Made by a program: the position numbers and the translations under genes | Notes under the pieces: model-generated | Databases searched by the model: none | Told to the model about the DNA's origin: nothing | The model's input: only the letters and a program-made list of their open reading frames with translations | From: a virus | Taxonomy: Duplodnaviria; Caudoviricetes | Direction: 5' to 3' (one strand) | Length of the DNA stretch: 55,580 nt | Virus record (IMG/VR): IMGVR_UViG_3300036884_000126 | Coordinates: 1 to 55,580 of that record | Part shown: positions 34,014 to 47,703 of the stretch, in pieces | Position numbering within the stretch: position 1 is the first letter of the stretch | Layout: each line of letters opens with the position of its first letter

Positions 34014-35693
34014 ATGAAACTGCAACAAGAGCTATACGCTGCCGCGGCTTATGCGAGCCGCGAGCGGATGGCGAAAGCGCTCGGTACGGACGCGACGCTC
34101 GCCAAGTTGTGCCTTGAAGCCCAAGCCCTGCCGCCCAGAGAGTGGTCGCTCGAAAACGACCTGGTGAAGCGCGCAGGACGCGAGTACATCAAGGCCCTCA
34201 TGAAGGCTGGCGTGACCACCAGCCTGGGATTCAATTTCTATGACCTGCGGGGCCCGGCCTACCTCATCTTCCCCTTGAACACCCCGTTCATCCAGATGAT
34301 CCCGAAGACCGGGAAGGTCAACGCCGGAGTCGGCACGGTCGCCCACTGGAAGGCAACACTCAACCCCAACTCGACGTTCGTCTATGCGGGCGTCAAGGAA
34401 GGGCAGCGCAACGCCACGGCGACTCCCGATGAAGCCGACTACTTCGCCACCTACAAAGAGCTTGGCGAAGAAGGCGGGGAAACCTTCACGGCGCAATGGG
34501 CCGGCGAGGGTTACACCGACAACCTAGCGGATGAGCATTTCCGCAACCTGGCTCGCCTGCGCTTACAGGAAGAGATGATCACGCTGTGGGGCAACGCCGG
34601 ACCGTCCACTATCCTCGGACAAACCACCGGCAACCTGGGCTTCGCGCTCGGGCAGCCCACCACTCCGACCGTGGACACGGGCTCAGCCGCTGGTGGCCTC
34701 GCGACGGGGAGCAACGTCTCCGTGGCCGTGGTCGCTTTGACTGCCATGGGCGTCAACCCGGGCGGGCAGGCTGGCTACAACATCCCGCCGACCGTGGCGC
34801 GCGGCCTTACCGCCTACACCGAGCGGACCAACGCTGACGGAACGAAGATCAACGTTGCCGGCGGAATCTCGGCGATTTCGAACGTCGCCATGGGCACCAC
34901 GAACAGCAGTGGCAGCGTCCTTGCTTCCTTGCCCGCGCAGAAAGGCGCCGTCGCCTATGCGTGGTATTGGGGCGTCAACGCGAACACCACGGTGGACGTC
35001 CTGACGCTGGGCGCCATCACCGCGTGGCCGAACTACACGATCACCGCCAAGGCCACGGGCATTCAGACCGGCAACGCGACCGGCTTCACGGTTGACAACA
35101 GCTACCAGGCGACCGACCTGGACGGCCTGGGTACCTACACGTTCAACAACGGGCTCTGCACCGACATGGGCGGTGGGACGTTCACTCCGGCCGGAAACGG
35201 CCAGGTGCAAGAGGTGGAAGACGATCTGCGCACTCTCTGGGAACTCTACCAGGCGCAACCCGACGCCATCTGGTGCTCGGCTGACGTGCGCGCCGCGCTG
35301 GAATCGGCTGTCATCTACAGCTCGACTGGGACGAACAGCTATATCTTCCAGTACACCAAGGACGCCCAGGGCTCCTTGATGGGCGGCTTCCTCGTGACCA
35401 GCTACAAGTCGAAGTACTCCATCAATCCCGAGGGCGGGGCAGCCATCCCGATCAGGATTCACCCGATGTTTCCTCCGGGAACGATGCTGTACGACATCAA
35501 CACGAACCCGTATCCGCATTCGCGGGTTCCGTCCGTTCGTCAATTCCTGCTGCAGCGCGACTACTACGCCATCGAATGGCCGATCGTCACGCGGCAATGG
35601 ACCTTCGGCACCTACATCCATGAGGTGCTGGCGCATTACATGCCGTGGATCTCGGCTCTGCGCACCGGCATCGGCCCGTTTGTGAAGCCCTAA
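34014..35693 (+). CDS. Major capsid protein
   Basis: Position after scaffold; YDL..PA..IFP..TP, EE...L.GN, IHPMFPPG, DYYAIEWP pattern; strong codon bias. Confidence 0.8.
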   Translation: MKLQQELYAAAAYASRERMAKALGTDATLAKLCLEAQALPPREWSLENDLVKRAGREYIKALMKAGVTTSLGFNFYDLRGPAYLIFPLNTPFIQMIPKTGKVNAGVGTVAHWKATLNPNSTFVYAGVKEGQRNATATPDEADYFATYKELGEEGGETFTAQWAGEGYTDNLADEHFRNLARLRLQEEMITLWGNAGPSTILGQTTGNLGFALGQPTTPTVDTGSAAGGLATGSNVSVAVVALTAMGVNPGGQAGYNIPPTVARGLTAYTERTNADGTKINVAGGISAISNVAMGTTNSSGSVLASLPAQKGAVAYAWYWGVNANTTVDVLTLGAITAWPNYTITAKATGIQTGNATGFTVDNSYQATDLDGLGTYTFNNGLCTDMGGGTFTPAGNGQVQEVEDDLRTLWELYQAQPDAIWCSADVRAALESAVIYSSTGTNSYIFQYTKDAQGSLMGGFLVTSYKSKYSINPEGGAAIPIRIHPMFPPGTMLYDINTNPYPHSRVPSVRQFLLQRDYYAIEWPIVTRQWTFGTYIHEVLAHYMPWISALRTGIGPFVKP

Positions 35694-35786
35694 TTGACCG
35701 GGCTTCGAAGCGGCGTTTGGTTTGACGGAGGGGCGCTCACGGAGAGCGCCCTTCCAAGTCCTTGATATCCTGGCAGGAGGAGTAAG

Positions 35787-39119
<3,333 letters not shown>

Positions 39120-39152
39120 ACGCAAGGAGAAAGGGCAAGCCGGTCATTGCAC

Positions 39153-40133
39153 ATGAAACTCGCTATCTTCTTTCCTCGCAACACCTTTGCAGGCTGGGCC
39201 TCACTCGGAGGCTACACCCAAACACTTCGCCGCATGGGGCATGACGTCACCGAATGTGTCCTGTCCGGCAACCAACCCCACGACATCGTTCCGATGCGCG
39301 CCAAGCTGCCCACCATCGCGCAGCTAGCCGCCTGCGATGCCGTGATTAGCTTTTATCACGAATATACCCAGCCCTGGCTCGCGGCACTTTACGGGTTGGA
39401 AGCCTGGGCGCCGCTGGTCGAGAAGACGATAGCCCGATTTGATGAGTCGATGGACCGAGCCGATCTGAATCTTCCCGGCCGACTCCCGGAGCTACTTGCC
39501 TGGGTGAAGCACTGGTCATTCCCCGCCGCGCAGGACGCCAAGAAGTATGGCGGGCAATGGCAGCCCTTCGGGGCCGACACGACGATGTTTAAACCGCTGG
39601 GCTCTGTCGGGCTAACTGAACAGAAGAAGTACGGCGCCGCCTTCGTCGGGCAGCTTTATGGCCCACGTCTCGAGTACGCGCAGCGGATGGCACAACAGCC
39701 GGACCAAATCACACTCCAATGTGGGCAGGTCGGCGTGCAGGAGCTGGACGGGATGCGCGAGCCGCAATCGACGCATCTGCTCGCCAAGACCTACCGGCAG
39801 ATCAAGGTGTTCTTCTGCCTGCCGCCGCTCTCTCGGCTGGTCGTCGGCAAGGTCTGCGAGGTGATGGCCTGCGGAACGTTCGTCATGTATCCGCGCCTGC
39901 CGGGCGAGGCTGCGGAGAACCTTTCAGTGTTCGAAGATGGCACGCACATCATCTATTACGAGCATGGGTACATCCGGGAGAACGTCAAGCAGATCAAGCG
40001 CTGGCTCGAACATGATGAAGAGCGCGAGTCCATCGCGCAGGCCGGGTGCCGAAAGGTGCGCGAAGAGTTGAGCCTGGAACGCATGCTCGACCAGCTCCTA
40101 ACGCCGGTGGCGCGGCAGATGGTGACGGTATGA
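39153..40133 (+). CDS. GT-B glycosyltransferase (CgeB/Glyco_trans_1_2-like)
   Basis: FVG.LY..R, KVCEVMACG.F, FEDG.HIIYY, ERESIAQAG. Confidence 0.8.
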   Translation: MKLAIFFPRNTFAGWASLGGYTQTLRRMGHDVTECVLSGNQPHDIVPMRAKLPTIAQLAACDAVISFYHEYTQPWLAALYGLEAWAPLVEKTIARFDESMDRADLNLPGRLPELLAWVKHWSFPAAQDAKKYGGQWQPFGADTTMFKPLGSVGLTEQKKYGAAFVGQLYGPRLEYAQRMAQQPDQITLQCGQVGVQELDGMREPQSTHLLAKTYRQIKVFFCLPPLSRLVVGKVCEVMACGTFVMYPRLPGEAAENLSVFEDGTHIIYYEHGYIRENVKQIKRWLEHDEERESIAQAGCRKVREELSLERMLDQLLTPVARQMVTV

Positions 40134-40849
40134 TCGTCGAGACCAAATACGGGTTCAGCCTGCGCGTGGGTGACGGAAGTTACATCGGCGCGCAGATCAA
40201 GCAGTATGGCGTTTGGGAGCAAGCGGAGACTGAGCGCGTGCGCCAGCTCATCCGCCCAGGAGATCTCACCGTCGATGCCGGGGCGCACGTCGGTTATTAC
40301 TCCTGTCTCATGGCGAAGTGCGGCGCGCGCGTGCTGGCGTTCGAGCCCAACCCGAAACTGCATACCCTGCTGGTCCAGAACTGTCAGGAGTGGCACTGGC
40401 CAAGCGTGGCCGCTCACCAACTTGCGCTTTCAGACGTTGACGGGGAAGCTGATTTCTATTTGCCATCTGGCTACGATGACGGCTTTGGTAGTCTGGGAGC
40501 GGCCGACCGAGACGACCGCAGTCATTCCATCCGGGTGCAGACGCGGCGCTTGGACGGCTTTCTTCCGCTCGGGCGCATCCGCCTGGTCAAGATCGACGTG
40601 GAAGGCGCGGAGGCTTTGGTGATCCGCGGCCTGGGCGCCAGCTTCACCGATGTGGACTATTTCCTCATCGAATGCATCGACCGCGCCCGGCGTCTCGAGC
40701 TGTTGGGCAGTTCGGTGGCGGTCATCAACGCCCTGCTCGCAGGGTTTCGCATTTACGAGTTCGCCGCAAGCGGAGGTTGGAAGCAGGTTTCGGAAGCGCA
40801 CAGCTCAGCCGGCCCGAGCGTACTGTTCGAGAATCCTGTCGTGAAGTGA
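40130..40849 (+). CDS. FkbM family methyltransferase
   Basis: VDAGAHVGYYS, AFEPNP, LVKIDVEGAE. Confidence 0.92.
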   Translation: MIVETKYGFSLRVGDGSYIGAQIKQYGVWEQAETERVRQLIRPGDLTVDAGAHVGYYSCLMAKCGARVLAFEPNPKLHTLLVQNCQEWHWPSVAAHQLALSDVDGEADFYLPSGYDDGFGSLGAADRDDRSHSIRVQTRRLDGFLPLGRIRLVKIDVEGAEALVIRGLGASFTDVDYFLIECIDRARRLELLGSSVAVINALLAGFRIYEFAASGGWKQVSEAHSSAGPSVLFENPVVK

Positions 40850-40866
40850 TGAAGGGAGCATAGTTC

Positions 40867-42282
40867 GTGATCTCGATTTTGGCACCAAGCCGCGACCGCC
40901 CCTTGGGACTCTTTCGGATGATCGAGTCTTCCCGCGCCACCGCGCGCAGTCCGATTGAGATTGTTTGCCGCATTGATGATGATGATCCGCAGGCCGGAGC
41001 CTATCACGCCATGCACGTTTCAGGGACGATCGACAAGCTCTTGGTGGGACCGCGCATCGTGATGTCCGATATGTGGAACGTCTGCATGCGGGCGGCTTCC
41101 GGAGACATCCTCATGCTGGCGAGCGACGACGTGGTCATGCGCACGCCCGGCTGGACTCAAGCTGTTGAGGATGCCTTCGCGGCGTCTGCCGACAAGCTCC
41201 TGCTCGTTCACGGAGATGATCTGGCGAAAGACGGCAAATGGTTCCCGACCTTCCCGATCATTCATCGCCGCTGGGTTGAAGCTGTTGGACGCTTCACGGC
41301 GCCCTACTTCTCCTCGGATTATGCGGACACCTGGCTGTATGAGGTCGCAAAGAGCATCGGCCGGCTTCGCTTCCTGCCCTACGTGACCGAACACATGCAT
41401 TGGGCATTTCAGAAGGCGGCCGTGGACCGGACCATGAGCGAGAACATCGCGCGCCGCAGTCGCGACAATCCCGGCCAGACGTTCAAGAAACTGGCGGCCG
41501 AACGAGACCGGGAAGCCGCAGTCCTGCGCGCCTTGATGGTCCAGCCGCGATGGTCGATCCTCGTGTTGACGCAACCGTCCCGGGCGGAGTTCTTGCAGCG
41601 GCTCATGGCCTGTCTGAAGCCACAGATCGAGGCGCATCCAGAGGTCGAGCTTTTCATCCGGTACTTCGATAACGCTCTGTCTCTTGGCGACAACCGGCAA
41701 CGGATGGCGGAAGCGGTCGAGGGGGAATATCAATGTATCGTCGATGATGATGACCTGGTTGCGCCCGATTATGTTGCGCGCATCCTTCCGCTCCTGGATG
41801 GCGTCGATCAAATCAGCTTCCGCCTGCAGCAGTTCACGAACGGGGCGCGGCACATCCCGACGTACATTTCGCTGTGCCACGGAAGATGGTATAACACGGA
41901 CACCGCGGAGTTCCGCGACATCATGCAGGTCTGCCCTCTGCGCCGGGAACTCTCGCTTGCGGTGCCGCGTGAGGGTGGGCCTGGCGAAGATGCTCGCTGG
42001 GCGGCTCACCTCAGAGATATGGGGATCGTCAAGACCGAGCACGTCATCGACGAGGTGATGTACTTCTACTATCTGCGCACGGGCAAAACAGATTCTCCGG
42101 GGACCATCGGGGCTCCCCCCTGGGTGCCCTACAAGCAACGCCGGCCTGAGCCAGCGATGCGGCAGCCGGGGGTACCTATCAGAGCATCCCACTGCTGCCC
42201 GCGCTGCGGCAGCTCATGCGTGGTGCCTTCCAACGCGCAGTTGATTTGCAACCAATGCCTTTATCAAGGAGCGCCTGCCTGA
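40867..42282 (+). CDS. Two-domain GT-A (GT2-like) glycosyltransferase with a C-terminal Zn ribbon
   Basis: ISILAPSR.R, SDD, second domain WSIL...VDDDD; CPRCG...CNQC. Confidence 0.82.
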   Translation: MISILAPSRDRPLGLFRMIESSRATARSPIEIVCRIDDDDPQAGAYHAMHVSGTIDKLLVGPRIVMSDMWNVCMRAASGDILMLASDDVVMRTPGWTQAVEDAFAASADKLLLVHGDDLAKDGKWFPTFPIIHRRWVEAVGRFTAPYFSSDYADTWLYEVAKSIGRLRFLPYVTEHMHWAFQKAAVDRTMSENIARRSRDNPGQTFKKLAAERDREAAVLRALMVQPRWSILVLTQPSRAEFLQRLMACLKPQIEAHPEVELFIRYFDNALSLGDNRQRMAEAVEGEYQCIVDDDDLVAPDYVARILPLLDGVDQISFRLQQFTNGARHIPTYISLCHGRWYNTDTAEFRDIMQVCPLRRELSLAVPREGGPGEDARWAAHLRDMGIVKTEHVIDEVMYFYYLRTGKTDSPGTIGAPPWVPYKQRRPEPAMRQPGVPIRASHCCPRCGSSCVVPSNAQLICNQCLYQGAPA

Positions 42283-43043
42283 TGAGCCCATCTGCCGACC
42301 CTCGTTGGAGCATCCTGATAGCCACTCAGCCGTCGCGCTCGGAATATCTGAAGCGGCTGCTTGGCGTGCTGACGCCGCAAGCCGCCGGCCGCAGCGACGT
42401 GGAAGTCATGGTGCGAACGTCAGACCCGGAGCTTGGCCTGGGCGATAACCGGCAGATCATGAGGGAAGGGGCCCGGGGACTGTACAGCAACTTCGTGGAC
42501 GATGACGATCTGGTTGCCAGCGACTACGTGGGGCGGGTTCTCCCTCTGCTGGACGGCGTGGATTATGTCAGCTATGAGTTTCAAGAGTATTCGGACGGGA
42601 TGCCCCGGCCACCCACCCACGTCTCGCTGCATCATGGGCCATGGCATCAGGACTCCACGGGGCTCTGGCGCGACATCGTTCACTTTTGCCCGGTCAAAAC
42701 CGCCCTGGCGCTGGCGGTTCCGATGTCAGGGGGCTGGGGTGAAGACACGCGCTGGACGAATCAGATGCGGGATCTCGGCATCATCAAGACCGAGCATCAC
42801 ATCGACGCCGCGATTCATTTCCTTTACTACCGGAGCTCGAAGAAGGACGGGGCAAAGGCCAGCGCACCTTATCACCAGAAGAGCGCAGCGCAGGTCTTGG
42901 TGGCTTCTCAAGAGGGCCAGGGTTATGCGACTTCCGGGGTTCTTGTCGGCACGGGAGAAGCGTGCCTGAGCTGCGGGAGTCGGGGAATGCTTGTTCCATC
43001 GAATGGCCGCCTGCATTGCAATCAATGCGGCGCAAATTTCTAG
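42282..43043 (+). CDS. GT-A (GT2-like) glycosyltransferase with a C-terminal Zn ribbon
   Basis: WSILIATQPSR, FVDDDD, GED..W; paralogue of the second domain of the previous gene. Confidence 0.82.
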   Translation: MSPSADPRWSILIATQPSRSEYLKRLLGVLTPQAAGRSDVEVMVRTSDPELGLGDNRQIMREGARGLYSNFVDDDDLVASDYVGRVLPLLDGVDYVSYEFQEYSDGMPRPPTHVSLHHGPWHQDSTGLWRDIVHFCPVKTALALAVPMSGGWGEDTRWTNQMRDLGIIKTEHHIDAAIHFLYYRSSKKDGAKASAPYHQKSAAQVLVASQEGQGYATSGVLVGTGEACLSCGSRGMLVPSNGRLHCNQCGANF

Positions 43044-43053
43044 GGAGGTCGTC

Positions 43054-43272
43054 ATGGCTATAAAGGTTCGCATTAAAGCTGAGAAGGCGGCACCGGTGGT
43101 GGAGCGGCCCGAGTTTGTTCTGGCGAGGTTCCTTAACCGGAACAATGAAGTGCCGAAACCCCCAAATCCGGCCTGGTGCATTCTGGTCAACGGGGCCGTG
43201 GAGTCCGTCTATACGCTCGGCCAGGAGCGGGCGCTGATCGAGCATTACTTTCAGAAAGGGGCCGGGGAATGA
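43054..43272 (+). CDS. Hypothetical protein
   Basis: GGGAGG SD. Confidence 0.55.
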   Translation: MAIKVRIKAEKAAPVVERPEFVLARFLNRNNEVPKPPNPAWCILVNGAVESVYTLGQERALIEHYFQKGAGE

Positions 43273-44045
43273 GCCTGAAAGACAAATCCTTGAACATCCT
43301 CGTGCCCATGTACGGCGGCATGGGCACGGTGAACTTCTTCGAGTCCTTCACCCGGCTCATCATGATGATGATGCACCACGGGGTGAGGTTCAACTACACG
43401 TTCACTTACAACGAGTCGCTGATCACGCGCGGCCGTAACCGGCTGGTGGATGAGTATCTGAAGAACCACGATGAAACGCATGCGCTGTTCGTGGACGCGG
43501 ACATTGGATTCCAGGCTGAAGATGTTCTGGCGATGCTGGAGATGGACCGCGACATCGTGGCGGCGCCGTGCGCGAAGAAGTCGATCAACTGGGGGCGGAT
43601 CGAGCGGGCGCTGCGTAAGAACGGCCGGCACTTCACGCCGGATGAGATGGCCCGAATCTCCGCGGACTTCGTGTTCAACTACGAGCCGTTTATCGGCCGC
43701 CGCGAGATCAAGCTCGACGAGCTGCAGGAGATGGCGAGCATGGGCACGGGGCTCATGATGATCCGCCGCAACGTGTTCGCGAAGTTTCGCGAGGCTTACC
43801 CCGACCAATGGTACGAGTCGCGCTCCGACCCCAACTCCTTGCCCGGCCCGACGCATGATTTCTTTCAGGTTGGCGTCAACCCGGACACGCATGAATATGA
43901 CAGCGAGGATTATCGCTTTTGCCTTCAGTGCAAGCGAATCGGTTTCAAGGTGTGGATGATCCCCTGGATGCGGACCTCGCACATGGGAACGAACAAGTTC
44001 ATCGCCGACATGCCGGCCGTCGCGGCACTGGCGGGAGATTTGTAG
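43269..44045 (+). CDS. Phage GT-A glycosyltransferase-like protein
   Basis: PMYGG, NESLITRGRN, LFVDADI, GTGLMMIRR, SEDY.FC, H.G. Confidence 0.78.
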   Translation: MSLKDKSLNILVPMYGGMGTVNFFESFTRLIMMMMHHGVRFNYTFTYNESLITRGRNRLVDEYLKNHDETHALFVDADIGFQAEDVLAMLEMDRDIVAAPCAKKSINWGRIERALRKNGRHFTPDEMARISADFVFNYEPFIGRREIKLDELQEMASMGTGLMMIRRNVFAKFREAYPDQWYESRSDPNSLPGPTHDFFQVGVNPDTHEYDSEDYRFCLQCKRIGFKVWMIPWMRTSHMGTNKFIADMPAVAALAGDL

Positions 44046-44154
44046 AGGCTTCGGGACACGTCCCTTGACCGGGGGGGGTGATCCAGGAGGGAGGGCGGGG
44101 CGGCCGGCGGCGAGACGACGGTCGTCCCGTAACCCCGAGAGAGGCAGAGATATC

Positions 44155-45024
44155 ATGGGCCCCAACACGATTGATCTCACGACCCTGAACGCGGTCAAGA
44201 GCCGGGCCGAGGTGCTGTCCAGCACCGCTGACGCGGAGATCCAGTCGGCCATCACGGCGTTTTCCCAATGGCTGTTAGACTTCACCGGGCAGGGCTCGCT
44301 CAACTCCGTCGCGGCCCATGACGATGTTTACGACGGCAACGGCAACGCTCGGCTCATGCTGAACAACTATCCGGTGCTGAACGTCCAGAGCGTGACGATG
44401 GGCGGGGCAAGCGTTCCAGCGTCATCGGCCGCGAATGTTTGGGGATATTACATCGAGCAGTCCAAGAAGTCGCTCGGGCTGCGCGGAGGCGTGGGCAGCT
44501 ACACGACGTTCCCTTACCCAACCCCTCTGACCTATCGCGAGCGCGGGCCCGTATTCCTGCGCGGGCAGGGCAACATCGAGGTTGTTTACAGCGCGGGCTA
44601 CCTTCCGATCTTGGTGCAGAACGATGTTGAGAACGTGACGGCGGGAACGATCACCTTGGAGGCTGCGCCCTGGGTTGCGGATGCGGGCGTGACTTACTAT
44701 CCATCCTTGAACGTGATGGCCAAGGTGTCGAGCGGGCCCACGGTGGGCGAGTATGCCGTGTTGAACGGCCTCTACGTTTTCAGCGCGGCCGATGAAGGGC
44801 AACTTGTCGCGGCAAGTTACCAGATCAATCAGGCGCCCTTCGACCTGGAATATGCGGTGCGCTGCGTTGTGGCGCTTAATTACAAGCGCAAGGGATGGCA
44901 AGATCAGAAATCACGCTCCGTGACCACCCAAGGCGGTTCGGCAACCACGACGTACAGGGATTGGGATGCCCCGCCTGAATACATGAAGGTTTTCGAGTAC
45001 TACCAAAGGAAGGCGATCCGGTGA
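44155..45024 (+). CDS. Head-tail adaptor (gp6-like)
   Basis: DLTTL..VK, YDGNG..RL.L..YPV, G.GNIEV.Y.AGY, P.DLE.A. Confidence 0.72.
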   Translation: MGPNTIDLTTLNAVKSRAEVLSSTADAEIQSAITAFSQWLLDFTGQGSLNSVAAHDDVYDGNGNARLMLNNYPVLNVQSVTMGGASVPASSAANVWGYYIEQSKKSLGLRGGVGSYTTFPYPTPLTYRERGPVFLRGQGNIEVVYSAGYLPILVQNDVENVTAGTITLEAAPWVADAGVTYYPSLNVMAKVSSGPTVGEYAVLNGLYVFSAADEGQLVAASYQINQAPFDLEYAVRCVVALNYKRKGWQDQKSRSVTTQGGSATTTYRDWDAPPEYMKVFEYYQRKAIR

Positions 45025-45632
45025 TCAGGCTTTCGTTCGACAATTCGGATCAGCGCGTCATGCTGGCTCTCCGGGCGCGAGGGCCGAAGATCCTCGCGGC
45101 CGAGAAAAGGACGATCGAAGAGCTGATGCTGGAACTGCAGGCGCGCATTCAGCGGAAGCTCTCGGGAGAAGTCCTACAATCACACGCCGGGGGCGGAGGG
45201 CTCCTGGGCACAGTTCGCAAGCAGCCGACCACGCTATCTGGGGCCATGCTTCACGGAGGCGTGCAGGCAGGTGGCGGGCTGTTCTGGTGGGCTGCGGTGC
45301 ATGAGCGGGGGGGCGAGAAGGAATATGAAATCCTACCAGGCGCGCTGACGGGCAAATCCGACAAGCAAGCCCTGGCTTTCTTCCCGGCCGGATCAGCCGG
45401 GGCAAGCTTCGGGCGCACCGCCACGACCAAGTTGCGTTTCAGGTTAGGCAAACGGGCTGGATCGTTGCGCCCTGGGCAAGTCAAGGCTTTCGGTGCAGCG
45501 GGCGGCATCGTGGTGAGGAAGGTGATTCATCCGCCGCTGAAACGCAGATCGTTCATGGAGAGTTCGCTGGAAGAGTTGCGCGGGCGGATCATCGCGCGAG
45601 TTTTCGAGACGGCCGCCCAGGTGATGCGATGA
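45021..45632 (+). CDS. Neck/tail completion protein (HK97 gp10-like)
   Basis: KLSGEVL, AAVHE.GG, V.HP....RSFM..SL. Confidence 0.65.
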   Translation: MIRLSFDNSDQRVMLALRARGPKILAAEKRTIEELMLELQARIQRKLSGEVLQSHAGGGGLLGTVRKQPTTLSGAMLHGGVQAGGGLFWWAAVHERGGEKEYEILPGALTGKSDKQALAFFPAGSAGASFGRTATTKLRFRLGKRAGSLRPGQVKAFGAAGGIVVRKVIHPPLKRRSFMESSLEELRGRIIARVFETAAQVMR

Positions 45633-46111
45633 GCACGGCATTCACAGATCCAACCTATCTCGAGGAAGTCTATGCGGCCCTGGCCACGCTGCTCGCGGGC
45701 GCCACGTTTGCCGCGGGCGTGACCTTGAAGAGCGTCCGGAGGGCCTTCATGGTTCCAGATTCGGTTCCGCCTGCCGATCAGCCCGCCTTGATCCTCGTGC
45801 AGGGATCGCTTCCCGTGGAACAGAAGGACCTTTTCAGCGTGGCCAAGTGGACGTTCACGGCGGTTGCGGTGATCTACGTGCGTGCCGAAGGAACGGCCCC
45901 GCCCGATCAGGATCCCCTGTCGGTGACGCAGGCGAATTACTTGATATGGGGCATCAAGAACGTTTTCGAGACGAAACCACCGTACCAGAAACAAACGCTG
46001 GGCGGCCTCGTCTATCATGCATGGATCGAGGGAGAGGTTTTCCCCAACGTCACAAGTGAACAGATTTTGATCACGGTGCCCATCTACATGCTCGCAGGCC
46101 CCGTGAATTGA
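45629..46111 (+). CDS. Tail terminator-like protein
   Basis: QPAL, QTLGGLV.HAWIEG; position before the tail tube gene. Confidence 0.65.
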   Translation: MSTAFTDPTYLEEVYAALATLLAGATFAAGVTLKSVRRAFMVPDSVPPADQPALILVQGSLPVEQKDLFSVAKWTFTAVAVIYVRAEGTAPPDQDPLSVTQANYLIWGIKNVFETKPPYQKQTLGGLVYHAWIEGEVFPNVTSEQILITVPIYMLAGPVN

Positions 46112-46156
46112 GATCAAGGACCGGACCCGGCCCCGGTACAAGGAGAGAGGTAAAAT

Positions 46157-46912
46157 ATGGTCATCGAATTCGGAAGCGGTGTGTTATTCGCAAAGCCCGT
46201 GGCCGGCAATCAGCCGACAGACCCCACCCCGTTCAAGTTCGGCGTGCTGCAAGAGGTCACGGTGGACTTCAAGGCCGATCTGAAGAAACTCTACGGCCAA
46301 TATCAACTTGCCGTCGCCACGGCGCGCGGCAAGCTGGACGTCACGCTCAAGGGCAAGCTGGCCGTCTTCGATCCGGCCATGCTCAACCAACTCTATTTCG
46401 CGCAGGCCAGCACGGCCGGGTATTCGCTGATCGTGGATGGCGAGTCCCACACGGTGAGCAACACGAATTCGGCAACCGTAACGAACGCGGGCGCCATCGC
46501 GGATTGGGGCGTCATCGACGCCACAACGGGACAGCCGTTCACTTGCATGCCGAACGCGGCGGCGGTGACGGTGGCCGGGGAGTACTATCCCAACGTCACG
46601 AGCGGCGTTTACAGCTTCTCGGGCGCTGACGGAACGGCGACTCGGGCCGTGAAGATCAGCTACACCTATGCCGTCAACTCGGGCACCACGATCACCATCG
46701 CAAACCAACTGATGGGCTATGCGCCGGAAATCGAGATGCTGCTCTACAACCGTTTCCGGAGCAAGTACATGGCCTTGCAGTTGAATGATGTCACGCTGGG
46801 CTCGATCAACATCCCAACGAAGCTGGAAGATTTCTGGATCGCGGATTTCGACGGCAGCGCCAATGCCGATTCCACGAACACGCTCGGCCTACTCATGATG
46901 GACTCGTACTAG
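46157..46912 (+). CDS. Major tail tube protein
   Basis: FGSG.L..., FG.LQEV.VDF....KKLYGQ.Q...A.ARGK; strong SD. Confidence 0.75.
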   Translation: MVIEFGSGVLFAKPVAGNQPTDPTPFKFGVLQEVTVDFKADLKKLYGQYQLAVATARGKLDVTLKGKLAVFDPAMLNQLYFAQASTAGYSLIVDGESHTVSNTNSATVTNAGAIADWGVIDATTGQPFTCMPNAAAVTVAGEYYPNVTSGVYSFSGADGTATRAVKISYTYAVNSGTTITIANQLMGYAPEIEMLLYNRFRSKYMALQLNDVTLGSINIPTKLEDFWIADFDGSANADSTNTLGLLMMDSY

Positions 46913-46985
46913 ATCACCCATCGACGCACGGAACGGGGGACGGCGGCGGGTGCACCTACCGCCGTCCTGCGGGGAAGAAGGGAAT

Positions 46986-47399
46986 GTGACCGAGACGATC
47001 ACTCTGAAGTTTGACGGTGAGAAAGTTCGCCTGGGCGGCCGGGAGTATGTACTGCCGTCGCTCTCGGTGAAACAGACTCGCCAGCTATGGGAGAAGATCC
47101 GGGGGCTGAACAAAGGCATCACGGAAGACAGCCTGCCGGACAAACAGCATGATGCCGTGGAAGTGATCCATGCGGCGCTCTCGCGCAACTATCCGTCCAT
47201 GACATTTGAGGAAGCGGAAGACCTGGTCGACATGAACAACATGCGCAGGCTGCTGCTGGTCGTGTCCGGCCTATCGGGGCTCACGGTCCCGGGGTCCGGG
47301 CCGGTCGGGGAAACGGCTCAGCCGTCGTCAACTGGGCCGATTTCTACGGAACCATCATCACCCGCACCGGCTGGAGCTACGAATACCTTGACGACCTGA
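46986..47399 (+). CDS. Tail assembly chaperone
   Basis: V.LGG.EYVLP.LS, IHAALSRNYP; lies between tube and tape measure. Confidence 0.7.
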   Translation: MTETITLKFDGEKVRLGGREYVLPSLSVKQTRQLWEKIRGLNKGITEDSLPDKQHDAVEVIHAALSRNYPSMTFEEAEDLVDMNNMRRLLLVVSGLSGLTVPGSGPVGETAQPSSTGPISTEPSSPAPAGATNTLTT

Positions 47400-47632
47400 G
47401 CCTGTGTCGCGCGCTCGAGTTGATGGACTTCCTGGGACGCACGCCGGCGCTGCGCATGGCGCTGGGAAAGGAAAGGAATCTGAACGCCTGGGAACCGGTG
47501 AACGAACAAGAGGCGGTGCAGAAGTTCTCGGCCCTGCAAGTTGTGATGCCAGGTGTCTCAGGAATACCGCCGCAGCTTCGTGAGGCCATCGCCTGGGCAG
47601 AGGCAGAGAAGAGCAAGCGGGGCATGAATTAA
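47309..47632 (+). CDS. -1 frame extension of the tail assembly chaperone (G-T type)
   Basis: Open -1 frame GNGSAVVNWADFYGTIITRTGWSYEYLDDLSL... beginning at CGGGGAAAC (47306-47314). Confidence 0.6.
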   Translation, partial: GNGSAVVNWADFYGTIITRTGWSYEYLDDLSLCRALELMDFLGRTPALRMALGKERNLNAWEPVNEQEAVQKFSALQVVMPGVSGIPPQLREAIAWAEAEKSKRGMN

Positions 47633-47661
47633 CCTGGCTATCCTGTTGCCGCCACCTAGAT

Positions 47662-47694
47662 GGGAGAGTTAGGGAGAGTTAGGGAGAGTTGGGG
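47662..47694 (+). repeat. 10-nt tandem repeat (GGGAGAGTTA)x3 with G-quadruplex potential
   Basis: GGGagagttaGGGagagttaGGGagagttGGGG. Confidence 0.85.
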
Positions 47695-47703
47695 ATTCTC
47701 TGT

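Noticed and set aside
35728-35756. Hairpin after the capsid gene as an intrinsic terminator
   Set aside because: A GC stem is present but there is no U-tract; it may be a stability element and cannot be called
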